Assembly (NCBI GenBank): GCA_030704615.1
Contig: CM060731.1
Coordinates: forward strand, 89,280,001 to 89,344,000
Direction: 5' to 3'
DNA length: 64,000 nt
Source of the DNA: Takakia lepidozioides
Lineage: Eukaryota > Plantae > Bryophyta
Of this stretch, positions 12,601 to 25,685 are shown piece by piece. The translations under genes were made by a program, and so were the position numbers. Under the pieces are notes generated by a model that was given only the letters and a program-made list of their open reading frames with translations, ran no database searches and was not told where the DNA came from. Each line of letters opens with the position of its first letter. Position 1 is the first letter of the stretch.

Positions 12601-15600
12601 CCTCTAGGAGAGAAGGATGACATGTATGGTATGGCGGAGTTGCCTGCCATGGTTGGAGTACACTCCATTGTGGGGCTCGAGCAAGGATTGCAGCTGGTTG
12701 CTGATTGTCGGGGTGCAACAAGCCGGGTAGAAGGCTTTTGTACCGTCAGGAGAGGAGGACAGTGGGGGGATTGCACCAGGTCACCTCAATTGTCACATTG
12801 GACAACCACACCGATCATGTGGAGTGTCCGGATGAAGGCATTTGCCTTCTGGACTTGTTTGGCCGGGATCAGCACCGGAATGTTGTTGTTCTACAGGCAG
12901 GGTACGGGTATGGCGTTACCTGTATGTGGAGGGGATGAGACAACACGCGCGTCTCCCTACGCATGTTGCTCAGTTGGTGCGCAGTAAACCCTGAGTTGTT
13001 TGCCGGGTTTGTTGGGTTCGTGGATATCAGCAGGCATTGCCACGAGACATTTCGTGTTGGGGGCGCAGGATTTGGAGCGGGTTGGCTCCATTGATTTGGT
13101 AGTGGCAGTTGGCGCAATTCTCGGGCCAAGGTGATGGCCCGTGTGTATCAGTCTGGTCGTGGCTTGGGCCAGCAGTGTTGTTGGAGGCAGCTGCAGTGGG
13201 GTCACGGGCTCATCATCCACGGTTATGATGGACTAACTTGATGCCCCCCGCACTGCTTAAGCATGCATTTGATGGGGTGCCGCGGCCAGCACACCTCACA
13301 GTCGATAGCATTTTGGACACAGGGAGGCAGTCTCAGCATGTGAGACACGATGACCGAACGCCTTTGGCAGTGGTCAACAAGCTGGGGTCGACCACGAGCT
13401 AGCACTACCTACACTGCTCAGCTTCCCAGGATCGCATGCTTCCGGGATAGCGGACTGGCCTCCTGTGGGATGCTCAGCTTGCAGCAATTAGTAGAGCCTA
13501 ATTGCCGACGAGCGAGAGCGGGCTATGGGTTTTTCCACTGGGACCACGGCGGGCCTTCTCTTTCTGAGGCATCACGTCGTCAGGTGTTGGGGCAAGCAAT
13601 GGATCTAAATTGCTTAACCGGCTGAGCAACGAAGAGTGAGGAGTGCACTTCCCTTGACGGTCTCTCTACCTACCGAGATGGTATAGTCAGTGAGTGGGGG
13701 CGAGCCGGTGCGAACCATGGGGTATAGACATCCATGGCACACGTGGGAGGTGCTCGAGGTTCAGAGGGGAGTTGGCAGCCAAGGCAGTTGTGATGGATGA
13801 GGTGGGGTCTTTCGGGTTGAGGAGGTCCTCAAGGATAAGATGAGGGGGGCAGGATGAGGCCTGTCATGACTGAGCAGGCAGGGAAGTACTGCTCAAGAGG
13901 TTGGGCATAGCACCACGGGACGCATAGTCCTCACTTAAGTCTGCTGGACTTAACGTTGCAGTACGAAGGGCAATTGGGAGCCTGACATTGGACCTATTGT
14001 CACTAGAGGAGAGAGACGATGTATACGGCGGTTCCTGAGGCTTACAGGAATTGCTTTGCCTCTTGTGCTACGGTGGAGGAGCATGAGAGACATGTTCAGG
14101 TTGTGCATCGACCGGGTTTGGTCAATAGGGATGCAATGGATTGAGTCGCAATCCATGCACGAGACCAGCATGATGACACTAGAGCTCGGTGGCATGGTGA
14201 GACGGACGAGGAGATGGTGGCCGGGATGGCATGCATCTGCCTTTTTGTGTATCTTGGCATCGGGGAGGTCAGGTTGGACTACAAACAGGGATGACTATAG
14301 ACAAAGTGTCTGAGGACCCTGAGGCTAGTGATGAGCCAGGTGGTGCCAGAGATTACATGAGGATTCGGTTGTGTTGGGACTACCTCAGCACTGGAGACAA
14401 GGCAGCTAGTGTGACTGCCAAGGGAGGGATCAGATCCTACAACGAGCCAAGAGGTTCAAGTGGGAGGGGATACACCTGCTTCGAGTGTGGGAGATGGTTC
14501 AAGTGAGGATCGTGCCTCACCCACACACAGCGTGCACGGTTAGTGTGGCATGCCCATGAGGAAGTTGGGCATTTTGGAGTGCGACGCACTCATAGTTTAC
14601 TGCAGGGGCAGTATATATGGTGGCGTGGGATGCACACAGAGGTGCAACAGTTTGTGGCTAGGTGCATGGTGTGTGACAGGGTGCGTGCTTCATTCAACGC
14701 CCTACCCACAATTGGATCCTTTACCCATCAGGGATTGGGCTACAGGTGGAGTCTTGACTTCGCAGGGCCTTTGCAGACTGACGATGCGTCACCACAGATA
14801 TGTGTTGGTGATGGTGGAACACTTCTCCAAGTGGATTGAGTTGGTTCCATTGCCTGACAAGGCTAGTGAGGGGGCTGCGTATGCATTCCTAGATCGTGTG
14901 CTTAGCCGATTTGGTGCTCCAGCTGAGGTACTCACGGACCAAGGGGAGAGAGAGTTCTTGGGGGAGTTTCCGGCTTGTGTGGTGATAAAAGCCTTGATAG
15001 ACCACCGTACCACTTCTCGGGATCATCCTGAGGCTGATGGCTTGGCAGAGAGAGTGGTGCAGACAACGAAGAGGGGTTTGCGCAAGTTATGGCTTGCAAA
15101 AGGGCACCTAGGAGATTGGATCTTCAGGGAATCTTGGCTAGCCATGGGCTACAGGTTCAGCAAGCCAAGCATCACTTGCCTCCTTCTCACCATATCCTTC
15201 TCTTTGGCCGAGAGCCAGATTTGCTGCGTCTATTCGCAGGGAGGCTGCAGTAGTCCTAAACCTTGATGATCCGGATGTGGTGGACACAAGCATATGCCCG
15301 GAGGGCAGAGTTGTTCAGAGAGTCATGCATATGCCTTTGAGAATCTTGCTATTGCCCAACACCGAGACACATTGAGGTATGTCACTATACGTGGAGGGGA
15401 TATCGGCCAGGTGTTCGGCGTTTCCACCCTGGGACTATGTGTTCTGCAGAAGACAGCGCCTATGACCTTGGATGTCACAGCAAGATGTGTGATTCTAAGG
15501 GTCAGGGAGGTGTTGCCTTCAGGAGTGTTGATTCTGGAGGGTCGAGATGGCATGGTATGGAAAACCATGTGCGTAATTGTGCGCCATGTCACCTTCCACA

Positions 15601-15782
15601 TGTGGATGGGAGGATAGATCCCAACCTTGCAGTGGTACCTGCATGCTATGTGGGCATGCTCGTGGTGCCACCACTATGCTGGTGTGTGATCGATGACCAA
15701 GAGGTTGGCACAGGGTATGCTTGACACCACCTCTTGAGAGGGTCCTGATGGAGATTGGTTATGTCCACACTGCTTGGGATAG
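9693..15782 (+). pseudogene. gag-protease-DNMT-(RT deleted)-integrase-PHD polyprotein, heavily frameshifted
   Basis: Fragments match copy 2: YSGAVGTIELDDFIQEFD, CWTCGGPHVKKDC, MANRLQQLEQRL, ICLLDLFG (~12840), RRQVLGQAMDLNCL (~13575), HAHEEVGHFGVRRT, VEHFSKW, AERVV, and a PHD remnant at ~15640-15780. Confidence 0.85.
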
Positions 15783-16042
15783 TGGCAGTGGATATGACTT
15801 GTGGCAGCTCACAAGACATGGGAGGCCAAGCTCATATGAGTCAATACCCAAGATCTCAGGCTCAAGGTCACAGGTTGCAAGACGCGACTAAACGATGGGG
15901 CAACTCTTGTACCCGGCCTCTTGATCTATTGAGTTTGAGTGTAGTAGGGACAATGGTGGAGGACCTAGTGAGGCTATGGCCACTATCACATCATGTGGCT
16001 ACCTGGACTTAGAGGGACCTAAGCGCCAGCTAGGGGGGCGAT

Positions 16043-16284
16043 TGTGATGGACTAGAGGTAGCCTAGTGAGGGACTAGTGGCTGCACTAGTGGTTGGCTAG
16101 TGGCAGCCTAGTGGTTGGACTATTGGCAGCCTAGTGGTGGACTAGTGGCTGCACTAGTGGTGGGGAGTGGCAGCCTAGTGGTGCACTAGTGGTGGACTAG
16201 TGATAGACCAGTGTTTGGTGTGCACATATGTTGTGTGGTTTTGGACAGCGATGTAGTTGTGTAGCGATATGTATGTGCACGACA
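16043..16284 (+). repeat. 3' terminal (LTR-like) segment of the DNMT-gypsy family, rich in CTAGTGG units
   Basis: TG...CA, directly after the polypurine tract. Homologues at 22123-22298 (reverse) and 50130-50387. Confidence 0.75.
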
Positions 16285-18010
16285 ACCATTAAACATCTCT
16301 CTTCTTGATTCTTAACTTATAATGCAGTCAGCTCCAGAGGAGTTGTTAGGGTGGCACACTGGATGATCATTTTTTGATGGACTTGTTCCAACTCTGTATG
16401 AAGCAACTTCACTTCCTGCAATTTGCCTTCATGCTTCACCTGCAACTGGTATAGCTGTTGCTTATGTACTTCATGCAACTTCTCCTACTCCAGACTTGCT
16501 TCCATCAAGTTTTCCTTCGCACGCTGTAGAGCAGATTTAGTGTCCTCCAACTCTTTCTGCAACTTAAGGTTGGCCTCCACATCCACCTTATTTGCACACT
16601 CAGTTGCAATTCTTGCCTCAAACTCTTGCTTGAGCTCCTCCCTCAATGCTGCCAATTGTGTGGAAGGAACATGGGACTTCACATAGGTGCCCAACAAATT
16701 AAGTGTCCTGCTTATGGAACTCATAAGCATGGCATGTTGTGGGTCTTCATGGAGAACTTGCTGCTGTTTTCCCTGATCCTCCACAGTTTGATGTTTCACA
16801 AACCAGTCAGGCCATGATCCCACATCATCTTTTTCCCGAGCAATCACATCCTCCATAGGTGCTGCAGTTCCCTTGCCCTCTACCTCTTTAACCTCCGCCA
16901 CATGTTTGGGCATAACTTGCACAGTAGGGATTTCCTTGGTCAGACTTTGTATCTTTGGTACCATTAGTTCTCCAACCATGCCAGAGTTTTCATAGAGAAG
17001 GTCACCCTTCTCAATTTCTGCCACTACTGGTGGGGATGTCCAGCACCTCTCCCTCCACAGTAAGAGGCTCCAGTGTGACAGCATGTACAATCTGAGTTAC
17101 CCCTGGGATAACCGGGTCAACTGGCTATGGTGGCTGTGGTACTGAGGTGACTTCTTCCTCCCTCGCTGAAGGCCGTGTTTCCAGTAACAACAACCCCCTT
17201 TGTTGCTGATCCTCATCCTACAAAGGAGCTATGGAAACATCATCCTATGGATTCTTGTGGCAGTGGATCCGCCACTATAGTTGCGTCCCTCTTTTGTCTC
17301 TTGGACTGACGCTAACCCTCCAATCCCCCTTCACATTGTGAAAGGCCCTGCTCCTCAACTACAGTTGTGGCTGTCTCAAACACCCCCATTACTTTGCGTT
17401 CTCGCGCATCAAGCAAGCAAAATCAAAAAATAATCTGTGCAATAATTGGGCCAGACACAATGATTGGGGACTTGGCAGTAGTATTTTGTAACCGTTTCAT
17501 CTCCTCCATCAGACCATTGTACATCATCTCCACCCAGGCCACATCCTCTCCTCTCAAAGCTTTCAACACCTCCTTCGTTGAAATTTTGCTAAGATACTGT
17601 GGTTCTGTCATGGCAAACAAAATGTTCAGTATTGGCCAATTTTCCCTCAACCCTGGATACTCGGCCTTGGTGCAGGTGAATCCCTAGTTCCTGAAGAAAC
17701 TCATTTATTGGAACAGATCCCCTATTTGCAATCTTGCCCTGTGCTCATCCACGTTCACATTACCATGGGGCAATTCAAACAGTTGTTGCAAGTATTGCGG
17801 AGTAACCTCAATATCTACTCCCTTCACCTGGGTAACTCCTGTCCGAGGCTCAAAGTTCTGGATGAATTGGATCATCAACCCCCCAATTGATGCAAAGACC
17901 ACTCTTTGCGTAGTAACCCCTCCAATCGCAGCTCCTTCAGCAGTGCACTGCTGTGGCGTAGCGATTGTCGTGCACTTCACCCTGAGATCCTCCATCCCTC
18001 TAATTCTCTT
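16285..18010 (-). pseudogene. Retrotransposon accessory ('extra') ORF with coiled-coil C-terminus, copy 1
   Basis: ORFs 17705-18136, 17423-17650 and 16485-17090 appear to be pieces of one interrupted frame. QFIQNFEPRTGVTQVKGVDIEVTPQYLQQLFELP and GEDVAWVEMMY resemble plant gypsy extra-ORF proteins. Clear paralogue at 48079-49580. Confidence 0.55.
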
Positions 18011-18647
18011 CATCCCGGACAAACAAGAATGCCTTGTTTGGAATAGCTGTAGAAAAGCTTGCAGGGCGTAAAGCATGAAAGTATGGTGGGCACAGAATGG
18101 AACAGGCAAGTGAGTGTAAGCCTGTAGGGCTTGCAAATAGTGAGTGAGAGAGAATGTACTTTCAACCCGTAGGCTTGCGCCACTGCGTAAGAAGTAGAGC
18201 TAGCATATAGTCTGTGATAGCCGCCATAGCTACAAAGCTATAGCTTTGATTGCCCCTCCCGTCGAGACGCTGGTTGGTTATCCGGAGCGACCCCTACTCT
18301 TCCGCTCATAACTTTTTAATTTCTTGTTCTGGTTTTCTGAATGGAACCACTTGCATTAAAATTACGTTGCTAATTGGCCGTTGCCTCATTGGGTAACTTC
18401 TCAATTTTACCCTCATCTATTCACATTCCAACTTGGAATGCCCACTAGGACTGCATATGTGGCAAAGGTCCCCCTTTGCCGGACGCATAAAGGGTTCCGT
18501 TACCTGTCCTCTGGACGCATTAATGGGCCATAATTAGTTTTCGGCATTGTAAAGGGAAGGTAGGTACTTTGATGGCCCTATTTGTCTTCTTTCATGATGG
18601 CGCCCGCTATTGCAGTACATGCAATGCGGAGCGCTTTGCCCCTTAGG

Positions 18648-21600
18648 GAGGTTAGCTATTTCATGAGCATGAGCGGCATGAGCAGAGTAGCAAGACAATC
18701 GGTTTTCATGAGCAGAAGTACAAATTTCGAAAATAAAAAACATTATAAAACATTAATTTAATGCAATGTGTCAGAAAAAACAAATATATTATTCGGCACC
18801 TTGAAGGGAAAATTGTAGTTTTGAGAGTTGTGCTCATGATATTTCGTCTTCCGCTCATGCCAATTCCCAACGACATGTGCAAAAATGGGCGAATTTCGCG
18901 GTAATAGGGTCTGTAACCGGAAAAAACCGCGACGTATTTCACGGTAATAGGTCTCTCTGGCAAAAAATGGTGCCGAATTCCGCGGCTATAGGTCCCCTCA
19001 TGACAGGTGTGTAAGCCCAAAATTTGGAAATGTGGCGCCAAATTTCGGTTACATGGTGCCGGGGATTGCACAGATGTTGGGCAGTTCTGGGCCATGTAAC
19101 TGGAAATTCGGCCCCATTTTCCAGACATCGTTCCCGTGCATATTCGGACTTAGCCAGTTTTCGGCCCAAAATAGAGAAATTCGGCGCCATTTTTTCAGAA
19201 ATGGCCCCACAACTGCTTCTGTTGGATCTGAGTTTGACTGGAATATTGCCTCATTCCAGGAGTTTTGGGGTGCATTTCATTACACTGCAAAAAAAAGTCT
19301 GATACATGAAAATGCAATTGAAAATATCCATATGGAGGATTCCCTTTGCCCCATCAATGATTTTTGGAATCCCTAAGGAGGAGTTTGTGCAGCTCGTTCA
19401 CGCTCACGCCGTGCATGCATAAAGTCATCAATAGTCACGTTCATCCTCAACCTCTTCAGGTAAATGTAATACAGATGCTTGCACGGATAATACTTTGAAC
19501 CCTTCTTTGCTTCCATCAACGAGAAGTCCGTACAATTGCAAGTTGGCTCCACTCCAATCGTAATTGTGTATACATCGTCGCGTACAGCTGAGCCGGCCGT
19601 TGCCATCCGATAAACACGCGCCAAGGCCGGGTGGAGGTACGTCCACGGAGCTCTGAATAGTGCAAGCCATCCCAAGAGCATTGGCAATCCGAGTCTCATT
19701 CAACTTGTGGGAGGGTGTCGTCTCTTCACTCTTCCGAATCGCATTGTGGGATGTGCAGAATTGTCCAATCCGTCTCTACTGGACCGAGCAGTCTGCAATG
19801 GCTGGGTCTGAGGAACTGGAAATGCGTGGGCCGGGACGTCTGTGCGTTGCACCATTCGAAATCCTGCTGCAGATAGAGCATCCGCCTCATTCTGAGAGAG
19901 GCTGCAACCCGGTGCAACAGGCCAGACGCCCGGAGGCTCCGGCATTCCCTGATCCCGTACTTGGGCTTGCCAAATACACAGGTCATTATGTTGTGCCTAC
20001 AGAACCAAAACGTCTGCGTTGTGGCGTGAGCAAATGTGGGAGTCAAAAATTGGCCGCTGAAACAAGGTGCAGGTACAGCACCGTGTGGGTTCCTCCGAAT
20101 CATCTCACCACAGCGTGCTCTCATATCCACCCAGATGGCGAAGCACTTCCCTCGAAATGCCGGCAATGTCCTTGCAATTCTCCACTGTGACTCCGACACT
20201 CTTGTCTCCACAATGGGAATGTTGTACTGCTTTACTACAGATGGCTTGTTATGTTGCCCGGGCACGTGCCCTGTGCTCAAAGGAGATGACGATCTTGAAC
20301 GTGCAGGACTTGCGGTGCTCGACGAGACCTCCTCGGGCAACATCACAGGACCACGAGGGAGCGTGCGAATATTCTTGTCAGCTCGCCATGAATCCTCTTC
20401 CCCGCCAAGTGCCTCGTCAAGTCTTCGTCTCACTGGACAGGTATGAACATCTCCTTCCAAATGTTGGCCTCTTCGAAGCAATGGTGTGTCCCGAAGGCCC
20501 TCTCGCAAGGCCGCCGCCCACTTCCGAGGATTCTTCGATCTGGAGGCAGTCCGCATTAGCATTTCCTGCCTGTCCGGCCCCAAGCCCCACTGTTTCCCTT
20601 TCAAGAACTCGTTGTACCTGCTTTGCTGCATAATTGACCTCACAATGTCCTCCGTTGTGGCAGTGAGGATGTCCACCAGATGCGCCGCAGAGGAGGCACG
20701 CCAGGAAGAATGCACTGATTGGCCATGTTTGTCGTGGGCATGTCGGTGTCGGAGTCGAGAACACATTTCCTGCACAATCACATGTTGAGGTTAGAAGCAA
20801 GTTACAAATAATGCCAAGAATAATATTCAAGGGGACGCGAATTCGTTGCAACTCACCTCCGCATATAGTTGCCGAACTGGAGGAAATGATAATGCCACCA
20901 TGCTAGCCAACTGACCATTGCTCCCTCGTCTGATTTCCTTACAGCACCTGACGATGTCCACCAAGCCCGTATACATGCAAACTGTGTCTCTGCATCATCC
21001 AAGGTGGGAGCGCGCTTCCACGCAAGACACATGGAACGGTGTTCCTCTCGAAATCTGGCGCCACGAGCCTGGTTGTGTACTGCGAAAGGCTCTGCAGAAA
21101 ATGGAACCCACAAGATCTCTCCTGCCTTCCATGGGAAACATTGGGGTCTTGCCCGTACACCCTTCGGATGGCAGCCCAATTGCTTGTGCGTTGTCCGCCA
21201 TGAAACCATGGAAATTGGGAGGGGGCAATCCCGCCTTGGCCATCTGTTCATTTATTCCCTGCCAAAGAAGCATCTCCAATTGTGTGTCCTCTCCTTTCAT
21301 CTCACAAATAACAATTGTCATTAGCATCCTGCAGGGGTGTTGTAGACATGTGCACCCATTGTCACCCACTAGTGTTTTGTAATTCGCTTGATATGGTCGA
21401 ACATGACCAAACTGTTTGACAAGTCCCCACTCGTCATCCTGTCGACCAGTTCGACGCCGCTGCCAGGTCCACACGTGGACATTTTGAATACAAAACAACG
21501 ATCTGCCTCAGTCCCTTGTCTGGAAACCTACTTCCATGAATGTAGTCATATCCACATCGTCGCTTCACCTCCAGAATGGAGTGGATATCCGAGCCACGCC

Positions 21601-22122
21601 CAATTTTCTGTTTGCATGAGACAATGTGGTTTCGGACATTCGGTGAACAGACGGGGACACGACCCAGCAATGCCTCCATTTCTTGTCATCGAGAGGAACT
21701 CTATCGGAGCCGTCTTCCGACATAATTCTGGCCAATGCCATCTTATGGGCGGCTTGGAGCTGTATCTTGTTAGATTTGGCACCCGGTCTCAACTTAACCT
21801 CCTCCTGAACGAGCTGCTCTGCTCGTGGGCAGCCTCCCGCGAGTTCCCCTCGCCTATTTGTGACAATGGGCCAACGTGTATGCAAGCTCAGGTGAGGTCA
21901 GGGAAACGGTGCAACACATAAAACTGTTGGCATTACAAACAGACATGCAGTGTGGTGGTTTTGGCAATGCGCCACTTAAATGTGGAGTTCGGAACCTTTT
22001 CTGAGCTCGAAATGGTTGATGAGCTGTGCCTGTCCAATCGGTCTCGTTCCTGTGACCTCTGGATTTAAAGTGGAAGCAAGTTGGGGAGAAATACCGCAAT
22101 GCGCCCGCACAAACAACGTAGC
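18648..22122 (-). mobile_element. Mutator-like element MULE-B (one end only, truncated by DNMT-gypsy copy 2)
   Basis: Terminus GAGGTTAGCTATTTCATGAGC (18648-18668) matches the corresponding MULE-C TIR at 19/21 and is followed by CATGAGC repeats. The transposase is closely similar to that of MULE-C. Confidence 0.85.
19373..22122 (-). pseudogene. MULE transposase (GCM-like zinc domain, DDE, SWIM), copy B, frameshifted
   Basis: YVVCAGALR, RNETDWTG, GFMADNAQA, ERSCGFH, SVHSSWRASS, FWFCRHNIMTC and SWIM CNCTDF..YPCKHL, spread across several frames. Confidence 0.88.
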
Positions 22123-22557
22123 TGTCGTGCGCATACATATCGCTACACAACTACATCGCTGTCCAAAACCACACAACACATGTGCACACCACACGCTAGT
22201 ATACCACTAGTCCACCACTAGTCCAACCACTAGGCTACAACTAGTCAGTCACTAGGCTGCCACTATGCTGCCCACTATGGCAGTCACTAGTCCACACAAT
22301 CGCCCCCTAGCTGGTGCTTAGGTCCCTCTAAGTCCAGGTAGCCACAAGATGTGATAGTGACCATAGCCTCACTAAGTCCTCCACCACTATCCCTACTACA
22401 CTCAAACTCGATAGATCAAGAGGCCGGGTGCAAGAGTTGCCCCATCGTTAGTCGCCGTCTTGCAACCTGTGAACTTGAGCTTGGGATCTCATGTATTGAC
22501 TCCTATGAGCTTGGCCTCCCATGTCTTGTTAGCTGCCTCCAGTCATGTCCACTGCCA

Positions 22558-22700
22558 CTATCCCAAGCAGTGTGGACACAACCAATCTCCGTCAGGAACC
22601 TTCTCAAGAGGTGGTGTCAAGCATCCCATATGCCAACCCCTTGAGCATCGATCACACACCAGCATGGTGGCTGCCCCTTTGGCAGACCCACAGAGCATGC
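22558..22700 (-). pseudogene. PHD finger at the integrase C-terminus
   Basis: CMLCGSAKGAATMLVCDRCSRGWHMGCLTPPLEKVPDGDWLCPHC, canonical C4HC3 spacing. Confidence 0.93.
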
Positions 22701-22776
22701 ACCTCAAACCTGCAGGTACCACTGCCAAGTTTGGGTCAACTCTGCCATCGACATGGGAAGGTGACATGGCGCACAA

Positions 22777-24230
22777 TTACGCACATGGTCTTTCCAAGTC
22801 ATGCCATCCCGACCCTAAGATCAGGACCCCTGAGGGCAACACCTCTCGAACCCTCAGAATAACACGCCCTGCAGTAACATCCAGAGTCGTAGGAGCAGTC
22901 TGCTGCAAATAAACATAGTCACCAGGGCTAAACCTCCGAACCCCAGGACGATATCCTCCACCACGTATAGTGGCATACCTCAACGTATCACGGTGCTGTG
23001 CAATGGCAAGGTTCTCAAAAGCCATGGGCATGACTTTCTTGAACAACTCTGCACGCTGATCACATGCACGTACCCCACGTCCGGATCGTCAAGGTTAAGG
23101 ACTTGAGCAGTGTCCCTACGAATGGCTGCAGGCAAATCCGGCTCTCGGCCAAAGAGAAGGAAATATGGTGAGAAGGAGGCAAGTGATGCTTGTTTGCTGA
23201 ACCTGTAGCCCATGGCTAACCAAGGAACCTGAAGATCCCAATCTCCTAGGTGTCCCTTCTGCAAGCCATACTTGCGCAAACCCCTCTTCACCGTCTGAAC
23301 AACTCTCTCTGCTAAGCCATCGGCCTCAGGATGATCCCGAGAAGTGGTGCGGTGGTCTATCAAGGCTTTATCACACAAAGCCTGAAACTCCCCCAAGAAC
23401 TCTCTCCCTTGGTCCGTGAGTACCTCAGCTGGAGCACCAAATCGGCTAAGCACACGATCCAAGAATGCATACGCAGCCCCCTCACTAGCCTTGTCAGGCA
23501 ATGGAACCAACTCAATCCACTTGGAGAAGTGCTCCACCATCACCAACACATATCTGTGGTGGCGCATAGTCAGTGGCAACGGTCCTGCGAAGTCAAGACT
23601 CCACCTGTAGCCCAATCCCATGATTGGTAAAGGATGCAACTGTGGTGTAGGGGCGTTGAATGAAGCACGCACCCTGTCACACACCATGCACCTAGCCACG
23701 AACTGTTGCACCTCTGTATGCATACCACGCCACCAATACTGCCCCTGCAGTAAACTGTGAGTGCGTCGCACTCCAAAATGCCCCAACTCCTCATGGGCAT
23801 GCCGCACTAACCGTGCACGCTGTGTGGGGTGAGGCACAATCCTCACCCGACCATCCTCCCACACTCGAAGTAGGTGTATCCCCTCCCACTTGAACCTCTT
23901 GGCTCGTTGCAGGATCCGATCCCTCTCCCTGGCAGTCACAGTGGCTGCCGTGTCTCCCGTGCGGAGGTAGTCCAACACAGCCGAATCCTCATGTATATCT
24001 CTGGCACCACCTGGCTCATCACTAGCCTCAGGGTCCTCAGACACTCCGTCTACAGTCATCCCTGTTGTAGGTCCAACCTGACTTCCCGATGCCAAGATAC
24101 ACAAAAATGCAGATGCGTGCCATCCCGGCACCATCTCCTCGTCCGTCTCACCATGCCACCGAGCTCCTGTGTCATCCTGCTGGCTCATGCATGGATTGCA
24201 ACTCAATCCATCCGCATCCCGATTGACCAA
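22777..24230 (-). pseudogene. Gypsy integrase (HHCC zinc finger + DDE core)
   Basis: HAHEELGH...CMVC, WSLDFAG, LTDQG, GLAERVVQ. Frameshift near 23075. Confidence 0.95.
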
Positions 24231-25526
24231 ACCGGTCGATGCACAACCTGAAAGTCATACTCCTGGAGTATGAGTGCCCACCGTGCAAGCTTCCCCGTAA
24301 GTTTGTCTGACTCCATCAACCACTTGAGTGGCTGGTGATCCGTGACAAGGGTGAAAAGATTGCCGTATAGATAGCACCTGAAGTGTGCCACGGCCCACAC
24401 TGCAGCTAAGCACTCTCCCTCATATGAGCTGTACTTAGCCTCTGCAGCGTTGTTCGAGCGGCTAGCATAAGCCACTACGAACTCTCTTCCCTCATCATCC
24501 ACCTGTGTGAGCACCGCTCCAAGCCCCAGCATGCTCCAATCCGTATGCAGTTGAAAGGGACGCCCCCTGATAGGTCGTCTCAGGATAGGCGCCGAGGTCA
24601 ACCTCGCCTTGAGCTCTTGAAAAGCTCGTTCCTGCTCATCTTCCCACTGCCACTCCTGGTCCACCTTGGTCAGCTTGGTTAGAGCCTTTGCAATGGTACT
24701 AAATCCCTTGACAAACCGTCTATAATAGTTTGCCAACCCCATGAAAGCTCGAACTCGGCTCACATCCGTGGGGCGTGGAATTTGTGCAATGGCCTCTACC
24801 TTAGTCTGCTGTACCCCCAATCCTCCAGGATATATCATGTGACCCAGATACTCAATCTGGTTGTGGAAAAACTTGCACTTCCCCGGATGCAACTTCAATC
24901 CGTGCGCTCTCAAGCGCTCCAATACCACCTGAAGGTGTCTCTCATGCTCCTCCATCGTAACACTAAAGATGATGATGTCATCTATGTAGCACCGAGCAAA
25001 GTCCACCCCTGCTAGAATCCTATCCATGACTCTCTGAAACTCTGCAGGAGCATTCTTAAGCCCAAATGGTAAGAACCGCCACTGATATAGGCAATCCTTG
25101 CCGTGCTCATTGATCCCCCAGAATGCCGTCTTCTGCTTGTGCCTCCTTGACTGGCAACTGGTGATATCCGGATCGTAAATCCAAAGTGCTAAAGGCCTTA
25201 GCATGCCCGATGGCATCAAAGATCTCCTCTGGTGTTGGCATGGCATACTTATCGGACTTGGTCTGACGATTGACAGGCCGGTAATCACCGCACATACGTC
25301 TCTCCGTCCAATTGCCATAGACATCATTCTTGGCTGGCATCACTGTGGCTGAAGTATACTCTCCACCAGAGAGCTCCACCAAACGTGCCTCCCAGAGATC
25401 TTGAGTCCTCATCTGAATCAAAGACCTCTCCATGTCACTGTATCTATAGGGTCTCCGAAAGATTGGCGTGTCAGTGGCCAACTCAATACGGACCTCTTGA
25501 CCCTTAAGTGCTCCCAAGTCCTTCAA
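24203..25526 (-). pseudogene. Reverse transcriptase and RNase H
   Basis: RMCGDYR, FSTLDLRSGYHQ, LPFGLKNAP, YIDDII, HTDWS, YEGECLA, TDHQPL. One frameshift near 25135. Confidence 0.97.
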
Positions 25527-25685
25527 ACTGAAGGCAAAGCAATTCTTGTAAGCCCTCAGGAACCGCCGTATACGTCGTCTCTCTCCTCTGGTGACAATGG
25601 GTCCAATGTCAGGCTCCCAATTGTCCTCCGTAACTGCAACCTTAAGTCCAGTGGGCTTAGAGGTAGAGGACGCGTCCAGTGGTTG

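Larger units (their letters stand above)
7519..16284 (+). mobile_element. Ty3/gypsy retroelement with DNMT and PHD domains, copy 1 (degenerate, RT/RNaseH largely deleted)
   Basis: Starts TGTAAAGTTA and ends GCACGACA. Collinear with copy 2 (22123-33052, reverse strand). Purine tract AGGGGGG at ~16032. No TSD found. Confidence 0.85.
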
